The notes below the pieces were generated by a model, which had not been told where the DNA came from, made no database searches, and was given only the letters and a program-made list of their open reading frames with translations. 64,000 nucleotides of DNA from Monocercomonoides exilis PA203 (taxonomy: Eukaryota > Protista > Preaxostyla), in NCBI GenBank assembly GCA_001643675.2, contig LSRY02000040.1, positions 248,001 to 312,000 of the forward strand, in the 5' to 3' direction. How positions within the stretch are numbered: position 1 is the first letter of the stretch; every line of letters starts with the position of its first letter. A program made the position numbers and the translations under genes. This document shows positions 62,601 through 64,000 of the stretch, one piece after another.

Positions 62601-63513
62601 TCAGAAGAAACTTACAAATACAATAAGAGGATCTGATAAAGGAAATCGTCTTCGATAAAACAGAAAAAGAAAACGAATTGAATGAATCTGAAAGTGAAGA
62701 AAGTGACTCGACAGAATCAGTGCCAGAATCTGATATATTAGATAAAAATGAAATTCTTCAAATGACAGAATTTTAAGAATCAGATTCACTTGGAGCTGGG
62801 GACAGTGCAAGTGCATCAGAATTTGACCCCATGGAAGTTGATTAATTAATTATAATTAAAATTTTTCATTTTTGAAAATTCGTTCACCCATTTTTTCCTC
62901 AATTTTTCAATTTTTTATTTTTGACTTTTCTGTCAACTTCAGCACATCTCTGATGCATGAAAACATGATGTCTGTTATTAACATTACTCTTATATTTATT
63001 TCACAAAAAATAGACTATTCCCAATATTATTTTGTCTTGTAAGAAAAAATTTCTGGATGAAAAAACCAACTCGCATTCAAAATGTTGAAACCTAATATAA
63101 AATAACAGTGACAGAAATAAATAAACATAAATAGAAAATTTCACAAATCTAAATATAAAGTAATAAAAATAAAAAATTAAAAAAAAAAAACAAAAACAAA
63201 AAAATTTAAACTTATTTCTAAAAAACTATTGAATAAATGAAGCTGAAAACAAACGTTTGAACAACAAGAATGATTAGCAAAACATTGAAAATCCAAAAAA
63301 CAAAAAACAAAAATATCATTTGAAATGTTAAAGAACTCAAAATATCATAATATCAACAAGAAAAAACTCTTCGAATGATGAACATATTTAAAATTTCAAT
63401 AAAGCAAACTGATATTTGATAGAATATTGCATGAACAAACAATAATCATAATCAAACTTATCACATAATTTTTGACTTTTTGACCTAAAAATAGATCTTA
63501 TCAACTCAGTTTC

Positions 63514-63745
63514 GACTAATTCATATCAAATAAGACCGACTAAATGCAAATTGATTGAGTCAAATCAAAATTATGCATTCAATTCAAAAAATCTCATTTT
63601 CCAAAAGAACTTGATTGATTTGACTTCGTCAAATGGCATTAGATCGGTCAACATCCAATAAGATCGATCTAATGCCATTGAGACTCAGTCAAATTGGATG
63701 TGACTCAGTCACATCCGATCATTTTCATTCTGGTTGTGATGATCA
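63514..63745. repeat. Inverted copy of the 36354-36585 hairpin-rich repeat
   Basis: See partner; lies 42 bp upstream of the transposase ATG at 63788. Confidence 0.92.
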
Positions 63746-63787
63746 CTTAAAAAATAAATGTCTTATTTGTGTCATTTCACTTGCTTG

Positions 63788-64000
63788 TTTCTATTTTTTT
63801 TTCAAAATGTCTCAATCAACTTTTTTAGACATATTTGAGAGAGTGGAAAAGAGAAATGCTATCACTGCACCAGTGCACATCACTCCTTCACCTGCAAAAA
63901 AATCTCTCATCGAATCTGCTTGCAAATATATGAAAGTTGATAAAACTCATGCATTTTTCCGACTCACCGGATTTGCTCGTTTTGAATTTGATTTGCTGTA
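63788..64000 (+). CDS. N-terminus of a DDE_Tnp_4 (IS5/Harbinger-like) transposase, truncated by the window end
   Basis: MSQSTFLDIFERVEKRNAI...FFRLTGFARFEFDLL is homologous to the N-termini at 19288, 40855 and 43198. Confidence 0.8.

Noticed and set aside
61550-62960. TIRs for the Merlin remnant
   Set aside because: Only weak AT-rich similarity and no TSD, so ends were not called.

Overview
AT-rich eukaryotic DNA with short (~50-65 nt) GT-AG introns and the standard genetic code. Gene families and composition resemble the oxymonad Monocercomonoides; this is inference, not a search result. Most of the window is a nest of DNA transposons. It holds eight pogo/DDE_1-family elements or remnants (one fully intact), four IS5/PIF-Harbinger-like DDE_Tnp_4 transposase copies, a Sola-like transposase remnant with four 4-bp-TSD MITEs, a Merlin/ISXO2 remnant and a perfect 316-bp foldback. 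A 3.6-kb non-autonomous element (346-bp TIRs, 8-bp TSD) carries a receptor-pseudokinase gene fragment and sits inside a gene with similar ectodomain motifs. Host features are two intact 3-exon paralogues of an unknown helical protein family, tRNA-Asp(GUC), a decayed USP deubiquitinase and decayed beta-helix-like surface-protein genes. Top candidate for a novel system: two different pogo-like transposons inserted back-to-back 9 bp upstream of the tRNA-Asp gene, with TIRs that resemble the tRNA's T-arm and D-arm, suggesting tRNA-directed targeting. Second candidate: the gene-capturing Pack-type element.
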